Positions 1 through 12,700 of a DNA stretch of 64,000 nucleotides are shown in pieces. The stretch comes from Candidatus Omnitrophota bacterium (lineage in GTDB: Bacteria > Omnitrophota > Gorgyraeia > Tantalellales > Tantalellaceae). The notes beneath the pieces were generated by a model that worked only from the letters and a program-made list of their open reading frames with translations, was not told the DNA's origin and ran no database searches. Where the stretch lies: contig JADGBR010000001.1 of NCBI GenBank assembly GCA_015231405.1, positions 385,762 through 449,761 on the forward strand, read 5' to 3'. A program made the position numbers and the translations under genes. Position 1 is the first letter of the stretch. Every line of letters starts with the position of its first letter.

Positions 1-24
1 GGAGGATACAGGAATACACTAGAT

Positions 25-408
25 ATGGATATAATAACCGAAATGAGCGATGAAAACCTGTCTAAAGTGACGCAGATACTTAAGAAATACGGGTATAAGA
101 CAAAAAAGGCATCACACGAGGCGCATCTTCTGGATACTGATAAAAGGGAAAAACTCGTAAAGAATAAGAATGTTAAAGCCTTGAACTTCTACAAAAATAT
201 CAAGAGTTACGAACAGGTCGACATAATCCTGGATACACCTGTCGATTATCGTATGGCTTCAAAGAACCATAAGAAGTATAAGATCGGAGATATTTCGATC
301 CCGGTTATTTCGATAAACGACCTTATCAAAATGAAAATTTCGGCGGCGAGGGACAAGGACATAATGGATATAGAGGTACTGGACCATTTAAGGAGGCGGG
401 TAAAATGA
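25..408 (+). CDS. Small protein, possibly nucleotidyltransferase-fold-like (C-terminal motif DLIKMKISAARDKDIMDIEVL resembles the substrate-binding tail of small NTase-family proteins)
   Basis: 127-aa ORF; its stop overlaps the next ORF start (ATGA at 405-408); GGAGG at 1-5. Family assignment by motif only. Confidence 0.4.
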   Translation: MDIITEMSDENLSKVTQILKKYGYKTKKASHEAHLLDTDKREKLVKNKNVKALNFYKNIKSYEQVDIILDTPVDYRMASKNHKKYKIGDISIPVISINDLIKMKISAARDKDIMDIEVLDHLRRRVK

Positions 409-605
409 ACGGATCAGATTGGCCTTCCAAAAAACAGCTCATTTCCCAGGGGGAGAAGATATCTCTCCGCAAAAAACTCGAGGGTTTACGTCTCATGAAC
501 GAGGTAAGCGATAAAGCATTGACGTTGCAGCAGAAGGTGATGAGGCGTCAGATCCGAGAGAATCAAGGCGACATCAGTAAGTTCCTGAACGGGCAATATC
601 TGTGA
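405..605 (+). CDS. Hypothetical small helical protein, translationally coupled to the upstream ORF
   Basis: 66-aa ORF whose start overlaps the upstream stop by 4 nt (ATGA); charged helical composition; no recognisable motif. Confidence 0.3.
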   Translation: MNGSDWPSKKQLISQGEKISLRKKLEGLRLMNEVSDKALTLQQKVMRRQIRENQGDISKFLNGQYL

Positions 606-775
606 TCCCATGAGTCAGTATCAACGAACTTTTAAGCGATGATACTGAAGAACGGGTGCAGAACATGCTTATATTAATTTCTATCAGTTTTAACCCCCTA
701 TTATTGTATTAAGCCGGTTGTAATCATTAAAAATAAACAAGATTTATATTGTGCTAACAATATATTTGTGTTAAA
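606..775 (+). promoter_or_regulatory. AT-rich putative promoter/leader region of giant gene 1
   Basis: 170-nt AT-rich non-coding stretch immediately upstream of the 15.4-kb ORF; no convincing -35/-10 pair could be fixed by eye. Confidence 0.3.
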
Positions 776-3700
776 ATGTTACTTTCATTAGGCATAACCA
801 CAGCGATCAGTATGCATAAAACATTAGTGAAAAATTTACTAAACTATTTGCTAATATTATGTTTCATTTTAGAGGATATTTCCTGGGCCTTTGAAATTGA
901 ACCTTCCATCCGAATATCAAGCAACAATCTACAGGTGCAAACTCCTTTTAAGCCTATATCCGATGAAGACATTGGAATGACACTAAGATTGAAAGCACTT
1001 ATAAAAGCGGCACTTTCGTACATAAATCAGGAAGTAAAGATCGATGATGAGTTGATCGCTGACTTTGACTCATGCCTTTCCCCGGCTGACGGGATGAAAC
1101 ATTTATGGGAACCGGTTACTTTAGACGGCAATGATATATCCTGGGCCAGGTTCAATTATCTATTGGATTTTACAGATCATGGCACAAGCATATCGGGAAA
1201 AAGGAAGGAAGGAATAAACTGGGTAATAGACTGCTCCATAGGAAAAGGGGATGAGTTCTGGGAATACGAAGCGGTAATAACACCGGATAAATCAGTATAT
1301 TTAAGGATACCCGGTACGGACGACTATATCGGTGAGAGACCCGGACAAACCCAGGGTGATAGCAAGCGGAAGGGTGAAGACCCCTATTTTGGAGAAGGTC
1401 AAGGATTATTAGGGACTATGACGTCGGATGTGGCGTATAGCGTGTCAAAACGCGATTATTTGTGGGAATACCCAAGGGCTGAGAACATATTGCCGGAACT
1501 TAATAGGCTTTTTCCTTTAGACAAAATTAAAGCGGTTCTGGGCGCGGATATAGAGAGAATTAAGGTCGTCTTTCAGATATTCAGAAAAGACGATACGGCG
1601 GCGGAGTTCCCGGGAAAAGAAATATTCGCAGAGATGATCTATCCGTATAGCGGGTCGAATCAATTCGCGATAATATTCACGGAAAAAGCATATCACCTTT
1701 TCATGGAAGCGTTCAAGGATGACCTTGAACCTTTACTTAAGGCGATGATGTTTCACCTTTATAGCGAGTTTTATTGCAGAAAGCCCAGGCATATCGCTTA
1801 CCTCATGGCGATACAAAAATATCCCGCTGAGATGGCGCGGCTCGCTAAAGTATTCCCCGAACTCCGGTTCGAAATAAAAGAAGACATACGAACGGATATC
1901 CTTGAAGCTACGGGGTTCAAGGGCGATCATAAAGCAGAAAAAACGTTTGACCTTATGATGTCAAAAGGGCTTGCGAATAATAAAAACTCTCTTGAAATAA
2001 AGGCTCTTTTTGGTACTGTTCGGTTCATAAAAACCGAAAGGCGATGTTCCACTGATAAGGCCTTCGACTGTTTGGGAAAGTTGATCAACGCGGGAAGCGT
2101 AACAAAAGACAATATCGATAAGGTCAATGAGTTCTTCCTAAAAGTCACTGAAAGGATGGACTATTCCGGGGATTGGATGCTTGATGAAGTTATGAGGTTC
2201 ATAAATAAGATAGAAAGGAAGAAACTTGACAGGTCGGCTATCGGCATGGAGTTTCTCAGTTTTATAAGCGAGCATGATGAACACACCGCGACAAGCTCAT
2301 TCAGGGTAGCCGGTATCATGGCAGAATCCGGAATAGTGAACAAGAGTAACATGCACAAGGTAAAAGAGTTGATAAACTGTCTATCCGGGAGTTTCGGGTT
2401 CGGATCGCTTGATCATAAAGCGCTTTTTAAGGCTCTTGGCAGGGCAAAGCTGCTTTCTCCGGATAGATTCGGGGAAATACACGCCCTATTGATCCAGTTG
2501 TTTTCATACAAGACAGGCACCAGAGACTGGCCTGACGGGTATAGGAGCGAAAAAACGAGAGCCATCATACGGTTGGCTAAAAAGATCGGTGACGGGAAGC
2601 TGAATGTTCAGGCAAGTGACTTAAAATGGCTGATACGGACGATCTCGGGTATGAGACATTCGGTAAGCGTTTATAATGTTGTAGATATAATGGCAGTATT
2701 CTGGGAAACCGGTATCGCTGGAAAAAAGGATCACGGTAAACTGTCGAAACTGTTCAGGAGAATGGATTCACTTCCGATACTCGATGAGGATCGCGATAGG
2801 GGCGACGGTAACCCTTATAAATCGCTGATAAAACTGGCTGAAGACACACTCGCCGGCAGGATCCATAAGGAACAGGTGGACCTGGATATGCTTATACATC
2901 TCTGTCGTGATGACTGGTCCGTAGATTCTAAACAGGAAATGTATCGGAAAATGCTTGTTTTAGGACTTACCGAAGGTCTTGGCAAAAGAGAAATAAAAGT
3001 GGTATTGGATAAATTCTCGGATGATTATTGGGGTATATCGCCGAACCTTGACGAAATGCTGGTTAATAAGGAGAAGTATAGGCTCGATCTCCCTGAGCCG
3101 CGACTGTTTGTAAGGCTTGTTAAGACAATCCCTGGAAATATTTCAAAAGCGATGAATTATATCAGTATCCTTACTGGCATACCGGGCTATAACTTCTCAA
3201 ATTGCGGTGATCTCGCGGAACTCTTGGAATTAACCAAAACTGCGGTTGACAGGTTTCAGGGGCAGAACGCTTTCGAGGACGCCATTTATTACGCGAAAAA
3301 GGTGCGGGATGAACATCTTCCCGCGGACGCTATAGACCATTCGATCGTAATGAAGTTATACCGGCGTACGCATAAAAATGGAGATGAAGATACAAGGCTT
3401 CGAAATCAATTCTCCATTCTTGGATCCGCGGCCGCTATCGGGCTGGATATACGCGCCGGGTATGACGAATTGGCGGAGTTCCATGATATGTTCGGAAGCC
3501 GCTTCGAGGAGCAGTCTGAGCATGCACTTAGTGTTTATGTGAGATCGGTCATCGATGAGAAACTTGATAGGAGTCTCGTTGATATTAAATTCTTAAAGGT
3601 CCTCTTTGGCAATGTTTCACATTCATACATAGATTCGGCAATTTCAGAGATCTTGAAAACCGCCAGAAGAATAAAGATCGGTGAGCTTCCCGGCGGGCCT

Positions 3701-6700
3701 CTTAAAAATGGTATGCTCCTAGGGCTCGGCGAGCTATCTTCCAATTATCATGTGAATGTATTCACGACGTTTGAGCCGCTCCTCGAAGCTCTGAAAAAAG
3801 GGGATATACGTCCGGGGCTGCTTTCCCCCGATTTGTTCCTGTCGATAGAGGCGGATACAGGCGCGAATAAAACCTACGCGGCTTTATTATTTAAGACTCT
3901 CGCTGAAACAGGGGCTTTAAAAAATGTCAGTAAAGCACGGATCAAGAAGTATTTCCGAGAAGCCGGGAAGTCGATAAACTCCTGGGATGATTGGAACTCA
4001 CTTGACCATATAGCTTCCATGGCCAGCTCTCTCTATCATGACGATAAGAAAGGCGTATTCGAATTGCTTGGTAAACTCGCAAAAAATTACTCCGGATCTA
4101 TGAGCGTTCTAAAAGAACCTTTTTCGACTCTCCGAAACCAGTTAATGAGGATAGAACCCGAGAAACGGAAAGATATCAAAGACCTTGTTATGAGGATTTT
4201 GCAGCACCCTGACAGTAACCCGGGGAAAGCGCTTGTCACTATAGGCGCGTTCATTAATTTTTCGATAATTTCAACAGGCGATGCGTCAAATATCCAATGT
4301 TTTCTGGATAATATCATGAAGATGGAAACAGATAGAGGTGAAGCCTGGGAAATATTGACAGAACTCGCTGAGATGGGTGTGTTACACGATGAGAACATCG
4401 GCGATCACATAGCGCTATACGAAAAACTCGCTCTGGTAGAAGGGCCGGCCGCCAAAGGATTACTCCATTATGTAAGAGCGCTTAAAAACCTGGATATAGG
4501 GTCCTTAATGATGGACCTTGAACTGCTTACACTTATCGCCGGCGCGGGAGTGCGTAACGTATCAACGCTTTACGATAATCTCGGACCGGTAATAGTAGCA
4601 TATTCAGAAACCAGCGGGAACGTGGGATGCGATGAATTCTTGAGAACGCTTAAGGAAGGGATAAGTGACATAATTAACAAGGGTGCCGGAGAGGACGCGA
4701 TCCTTGAGTTCCTTATCGCGCTAAGGAAAGATTCAAGTCACATACTGGCCAGCGCTGTAGATGCTGTGTCACGGTCCGGATCGGCAATAACAACCTATGA
4801 GGGTTACAAATATCTTCTTCCTGACGAATTGAGGCATATAGCTCTAGACCCATCCATCGAAGAAAGAATAGCGCTAATTAATGACACGAATTTTATGAAC
4901 GGAGATAATCCCGTGTATTTATATCTACTCATGCGGAAGGAAAGCCCCGCGGCGGACGAGCTTTCCTGGGAAGTGTTCAGCGGCATCTTACGCGACGGGA
5001 AAACATTCAATTCTTACTATACGGCAAGCGTGCTCAAATTCATTCAAAAGGCGGTTTTCCACGCCGAGGCCGAACTTGAACCCGAACAGCAGGAGGAGAT
5101 CATAAAACTCTCTATAGCCCTGCATAAAAGCTTTCTGGAAATAGCCGGAAAAAGCGCTGATCAGGGCGCGCCGGTAGTGACTTTCAGGGAGCTGGTTAGG
5201 TTCAATGTCGATTTCTCGAAGTTCTATCTTAAGGAAGAAGGGCTGAAGAACGTATTCGAGATATTGATCCTAACTTCATACAACATATACGGCAGGGTAG
5301 TAACTGACGCCGGTAAAAAGAATGAATTTATAGAAAAGCTTTCCGAAACACTTAGGTCGAAAAAGTATAAAAAACTCCTCATCGAAGGCCAGCGGGATTC
5401 CATTACTATACGCGGTAATCTTTCCCAGCTTATAGAAAGGATCATAGACTATGGGCATTATTCGAAGCTGGATAACGAGCCCGGCCAAAACGATATCCCG
5501 ATAGAAACGTCGTTAAGGGCTTTTATTAAAAGGACTGAGGAAGTGCACCGCCCGGAACTGATGATATTAGACGATGAAAATACTATATTCTTCCAGAATA
5601 TGATCGAAAAGTTATCATCCGAACCAGACAGGGTCATTATCCCCGTTTATATGAACGCTTTCACCAAAAGGCAGGACCTTTTCGGCAAATATGTCCCGAA
5701 AGAGCCCATGAAGCTTGAAGACGCCGCGCGGATAATTGAACTTACCGGAAACTACGATCTCGTAACAGCGATATCCAATGTACTTGGTATCGACCGTGTA
5801 CGCGCGAATGAGTATCTTCTTAAAATGAACGATCCGGATACCCGCATAGAGGAAAACGTTATAACCGCGATCGCCGCATCCATAAAGTCAGGTCCTTTGT
5901 GGAGAGAGAACCTGGTATGGGAGGACGGGATCCTTATCCGTATCGTAAAAGCCGCGGCTAAAAACAGGAAAAAGAAGTTTACGCTCCTTTTCCAGAACAT
6001 TGATGCCTGCCCGGACGAGGTCCGGGTCGAGCTTAATCCGGTACTATGGGAGAATATGATAGAGATACCCGGCGGAAGCGGCAAAATGGATATTACGCCG
6101 AACCTGAATTTCCTGTTCACAATGCACGAGGGATCGCATATACAGGACCCCGCATTCATGGATAGGCCGCTAGTACATAAAATAATGAACGTAAGTGACA
6201 AAGACATAGTAACTTATATAAAGAATGAAGCAAGGCTCGGCGGGGCCGTGCTAGAGCGGCTTATGATGTTCTATAGAGCTGTCAAAGATCCGGCTAATGG
6301 AATTGATATCGAAGCCGGGCTTAACGACTTAATAGAAATAGCTAAAAGGATAAGCGGGCGGGCCGTCGAATACGGTGAAAAGGATTCCGATATAATGGAT
6401 GAAGAGATATATAGGTACCTTTCCCTTAAAACTCCGGATAAAGGCTCAAAAGAAAAACTATGGCGGATGATATCTCCCCGGCGTAGGATCTTCAAATGGA
6501 AACCCCCTGTATCCGATATGGAGGTAAAGAACGGGTCGATCATTTTCAACGGCGTCGGTGTAAAGTTATCCGAAGGAACAATGCTAAAGTGGGGACTTTC
6601 TCCAAATGGGAACGTTAACAAAAAATCGGTAATGAAGATGCTCCTCGACCACTCAGGTTATACCGTTACGGACACTGAGATAGACATTTTCGCGCAGTTA

Positions 6701-9700
6701 GCTCGCGCTATGAAATACGGGGCGAAGGCGATACAGCTCGTCGGACCTTCCGGAGAAGGGAAAACCGAGATAGCGAAGGTGTTCTCAAATATCATAGGGT
6801 ACGGCCTTAATGAAAGAACCGTTAACCAGGATACGGACCTTGCGGATATTCGTGGTGAAGTGAGGCAGGACGAGAACGGAAAGTATTATCTGCATGAACC
6901 GGAGTATATCAAGTCCATCGATAAAGAGGGGCATGTCTTCCTTGTCAATGAGGTAAATACCGGGAATAACGGAGGACTCTACAACTGGTATTTCCCGGAG
7001 ATATCAGGCGCGACCTTTAAACCTCTTAATGAATTTCCGCCGATGGACGGTTCACTTGACAGGTCCAGAACCATAAACCGCGATAATTTATGGATCTTTA
7101 CGGCAAATCCCGATACTACATCGGGAAGAGAAAAAACTCCCGGGAGAGTCTCGGCCCATCTCACAAATTTCTATATGGCCACGGATCCGAAGGATATAGG
7201 GCCGATATGCCGGGACCTGTTCAAGAAAGACAGCTTAAACAAATACGTTAAAAAAGGCAGGATACTGGCTAGGGTTCACAGAAAATTCTATGACTTGAAA
7301 TTGAGCGGCGCGTACCGGGGAGACCAGGATGTTACCAGGCGCGAGCTTATATCAGTAAGGGATAAATTCGAGGCGTATATCAATGATAAGATCGAACCCG
7401 ATACAGCGTTCAGGCAGGCTTTGTATGAGGTATACGTGTATGGATGGAGAAGCCTTATAGACGGAAAACTCGCAAGAACGACTCTTGGTCCCATGGTGAG
7501 GACCGGAGAACTGTTGTCTATGGATGTGTCGTTAAAAGCTTGTTTAAAGGATCCCAAGAAGCCGGTAATATTTTTTAACGACAGCGCGACAACGGGATTC
7601 GATCCCGGTAAGGCCATAGCAGGTATGTTTCCAGATGCTAATGTAAAGAACGTTGTTTTAAGCTATTTTCACCGTAAAAGGCAGCTTTTGGGTGGTTTTG
7701 TCCCCTATGATTCTCCGGATAAGGACGATAAGGAGATGCCGGATGAACTTAAGCACAGATTTATGAGAGGGCTGGGTATTCTGCCTAAAATGATCGAGGA
7801 GGCGAGGTTTGACCGAAACAGAAAAAAATTCATGGTTTTAAGAAATTATACCAGGCTTAATTCGAGGGTGGCGCCGATAATGAACGAGTTCCTCCAGACA
7901 AGGCATATCGCCGAAATGGAGGATATAGTCGATGAAAGGACTGCATATCAGTTAAGATCGAAATTGATCGATAGAAATATGTTCGATGAAGTTTACGGCG
8001 AATTTCTGGAAAAGAATAACGGAATAGAAAGAGACAAAGAAATAACGCGCGAAACCGCAATGCGCCTCGCCAGATGGTTCTACTCGAACGCCCCGGATAA
8101 CCTCTATATCGTAGCCGAAGGGACGTCGAGCGGAGAATCCGATCTTGGCCCTCCCGAGATCAACCGGTTCAACGCGTGGAACACTTCCATTGAAATTGAT
8201 GACAAATGGATCGACGGATACCTTGACGGGAAGATCTCCGGCTATCTTGAACCTTTTAAGGATGTCATAAAAGACGCTGTAAAACGGATATTCTATCTCT
8301 ATGACTTTGAGGCGACATGCGGCGATAATGAATATAACCGTATGAGCGTGAGAGATATAGATAATTTCATTGAAGTATTGAGGGCTCAGGCCACATTAGA
8401 CGATAAAACTATCAAGGAAACCGCTTATTACGCGATGGCTTCCGGGCTCCGGACGAAATATCTCGAGGGTCTAAAGGACATGGTTCCGGAAATTAAAGAC
8501 CCTGCTGATCATATTAAAAAGATAAGGGCAAGAAGAGGCGGATATCTGTCAACTGACCCCGAATATGAACATCTCGCAGACACGGAAAAACTCGCGCGGC
8601 TTTACATGTCCTTCAATATGGCTTTCTCGGCTTCGAGGACAGTCATTTTAGAGGGCCCTACGGGGGGAGGCAAATCATCCGCGGCAAGGGATATAGCGAA
8701 AAGGATGGGCCTTCCTTTCTATGAGATACTCATGTATGACGACATTGACCCCGGCGATTTTCTCGGGAGGATGACAAAGTCAGGGAAAGAATTCATCCTG
8801 ACATGTGATACGGAAAAGCGAAGGCTCCTCATCCCATTTCTCAAAGCTTATACGAAAGGCGGCGTATTCCTTCTCGATGAAGGGGCAATGGGTTTGCAAT
8901 CCAAAGAGGTCATTACATTCTTAACAACGCTCGCTGAGCTTGGAGAGATCGATCTTAATGATCATCATCCCTATGCCGTCGGGAAACTGGATATCCTTAC
9001 GCGTCACCCGGACTTTCACCTTGTTATTGCCCAGAACCCCGGAGGAGAGACTATGGGGCGGACAGAACTCTCTTATGAGGCGATGTCGTCAGCTTTTAAG
9101 ATATGGGTGGATAATTTCATAACTCGGGCGGATTCCCTGAGGATGATCGACCATTATCTCGGAGATCTTTCGTCGAATGTGGAAAAAAAAGATAAAGCCG
9201 TAATATCGGGGATATATGAAAGCTTTTACAAGAAACACCCGGAGGACGGGTCGATAAGCCCGAGGCAGTTGATAACGTCAGTTAAAGTCATAAAAAAACT
9301 ATTGGAAGAAGGGATCAATTTTAAAAAGGCCATTATCCAGGGAATGATAATCTCGTATATGCCTAATATGTCCGAAGATGAGTATGTTTCCTTGAAGAAC
9401 GAGATAGTTTCGATGATCGATAAATTGATCGGGGATGACGATAGGCCAGGCTATAATGACGCGATAAGATCTACGTTCGAACAATGGGAAATGACCGCGG
9501 ATGTTAAGAACTCCGATGGCATTCTCAGCTTGAACGGTTTAGTCCTCCCGTATTCACCCGGCGGATCGAATGTCGACCCGAAAACTATAAAAATAACAGA
9601 AGACCTCGCTTCATTCAACAAGGTGATAAAACATATGGCCTGGGGGATCGCGCTGGATAAGCCGGTTGCCCTCCTTGAAGAGGATGGCGCTGACTCTTTG

Positions 9701-12700
9701 GATATAGTGAAGAAATTCTCACTCATTACGGGATATGACATGCATGTTCTATGGTCTCATGACGAAATGAGAAAGATGCATCTTGTTTCGGGCATATTGC
9801 CTAAATTCGGTAAGGTCCTGGACAAATACGGCGTAAAAAGCAAGGACATCTCCGAAGACTTCAAGCAGGGTCTGGGCTTTTTACTTGAGCACATTGAGAC
9901 GGAAGAGGATTATTTAAAGATGAAAGGCGGCGTCAAGAAGAAGCACAAGATACTCTTTTTTAACTTTATGGACGCTATCCCGGAACGTCAGCGCGTGCTT
10001 TTGAACGAGATACTGACAACTAAAAAACTGAGCGTAGAGGATGAAAACGGCGAGATAATTAATTATCGCCTTCCCGAATGGGTGCATATAGTTGTTTCAT
10101 GCCCGTTAGAACACAGGTTCTCATCCGCGTTCGTGAATAGGTTCATACCGGTAAGGTTGTCTCCGGTAACGGATATGGAGGAACTGAGGCAGATAATACC
10201 TAAGAGGTTCCCGCTTGTAAGGGATGAAGAGCTTGAATGGATAAGGGAAGTGGCTTTATCGGCTTATAAATTCAATAAAGCGGGAGGTTTTAACCGCAAT
10301 TACGGGTTCGCCCCGAACGACATAGAGAAACTAGCCTTGAGGATCCAGATCGAAAAACAAAAAGATATAGAGATCAACAGTTTTAACAGGAATCCACTGC
10401 ACTATATGACTAAAGCGGTTTATTTAAATTACATTCGCGGCATCGAAGATACAAATGACAGGGAAAGGTTCGAGAATGAGATATTCGTGCATCCGTTCCT
10501 TGAGACGTCGGTGTTCATCGAAAGAAAATTCGGCGCGAAGATCGACACGAGCGGCAACGTTAATTTAAGCGCCGATGAGATAAGCCGTTACCTAAATATC
10601 GGGATAGATATTAACAAACTCAAAGTACCGGCGGACGAACTTGCCGAGCATAAAAGGAACATCGATATTCTCGCGAAAAGGTTCGGTAAAGGATCGCAAC
10701 TTCTCCGGGAAACAATGAATCAGACGGACTCTAGAGGATTAAGGGCAGCATCCGTATATAGGAAACTTAGCGTTGAGTTTATCAATAATGCCGCTTTAGC
10801 TGACATTTATCGCCTGGAGATCACCCCGCGGGAAGGCTCGGAAACAGTAAAAATCATTGTGGCCATAAGCCGTCGGCCTAAGGCGGCTGTCCCGGAGTAT
10901 GACGCTAATAAAGAATTCAATAATCTGAGAGAATTATATCACGCGCTCCCTAAAAACACCGCTAAGCCGCTTTCTTACGCGGAAGAAGAAAAGAACGGCG
11001 ATGTTTATACTATCGTTTGTACAGAATCGCTGGAAAACCACGGGAGTCCTCATATCGTTTTCTCGGGAGGAGATCATAGAGTCCTTAGTATCGCGGAAAT
11101 CGGCAATGATAACGGAAAGGGCGACCATTTCATGAATGAGGATTATCTCGCGTTCCTTCAGGATCTAATCGGTCTTCAGATGGATGCGTTCGAAAAAGCC
11201 AGTAAAATACTCGATCCGAGAACGATCTCCGGGGATATCATGTATCCGTTCCTTATAGAAAACCAGCCAAAGGGCAGTGATTATCATTTAAATGCTGACC
11301 TGGCCTTTAGGACAGTCGCTTATGAGGGCGCTAAACCTTTGAAAATTACCAGCGCGGATAGACTACGGGATGGCAATAAGAAGGACCTCATTACGAGTAT
11401 CTTCAAGACGCATCAAGTGATCAATTGTGAAGGGGGTTGCAGAAAAAATGAAGAGGATATGCCGATCCCGGTATATGACAACTTATACGCTTTTTACATG
11501 TTCCTTGAGAAGAAACATCCCGGTAACGGTATGATAGAACTTCTGGATCTTCTGAAATACTATAATGAAGATATGACCTGCTACGGAAAGGACCCGGAAC
11601 TGGCCAGGATCTTTGAAACTGTCATGACAGATCCGGACAGGATCCTTAAAGCAGGTGAAAAGCGTTCGCCTCTTTATAGCGTTAATTTCATGAATTTATC
11701 CTTACTTAAACCAGATGTGGACATGATATACAGAGATATGAAAAAAGTGATAGAGGATGAACTTTCGCAGGTGAAAAGGGACACGTTTGATATCGTAAAG
11801 GTCGATATCGGGTCGATACCTTACAATAAAGCGATCTCACCGAAACCCGGTATTGAAATACTGAGAAATGACGATAACTATATCATTAGAACCCCAGCGA
11901 AAAGATATCTTGTGCCATTGTCGGAGTTCGGTGAAAGACGTGAACTTTCGCCCTATCTGAATATCTGGAAGAAAGACAATGATATGATGCTAGAGTTCAG
12001 ACTTATCAGCTCTATCGGAGGGGTCGAGCTTAAACGGGATGAGATCAATAAGTCAAACAGCCTGCCGGAAACGGAAGTGGCTACGTCTGAGTATATTTAC
12101 AATACAGATGAGATCAATATGATGACATCGGCACTACTTCGTTCCTGGGAGCCGGTCATCGACGGGGCTGGAAGACTTATCCTGCCGCGTGTCGTGCTGC
12201 TGGACGGGGAGACTGCTACGGCAAAAACGACGAGGATAAGGAATCTAGCGAGGATATGGGGATCGGATCTATATATACTCAACTCTTTCCATGATATAAG
12301 CGTCGCGGATACGACCGTAAAGCTGAGCGTCGAAAAAAGCAAGGTAAAGCTCAGCGTAAGGGAATTTCTCGCCCGGTTAGGCACGGTGAACGGCCAGAGG
12401 GTGGAGATCAAAGGTAAAAAAACGTCATCGCGTTCGATACTTCTCATAGATGAGGCTAACGCTTGCCCGGAGCTCTTTACCGCCCTTATGCCGATATTTC
12501 TGGGTGAAAAAAAGTTCTCGTTCAATTACGCCGGCGAAACTTTCAACGTCGAGATCGACGATGAGGTCATGGTCGTTCTGACCTTCAATCCGCCCGACAC
12601 ATATTCCGGGAGGGGATTCTTCCTGGAAAAACTCCTTTTCCTGTCGGATAAATTATGGGCACCGGACCCTATGACCCTGCCTGACCATATAATCGCAGGG

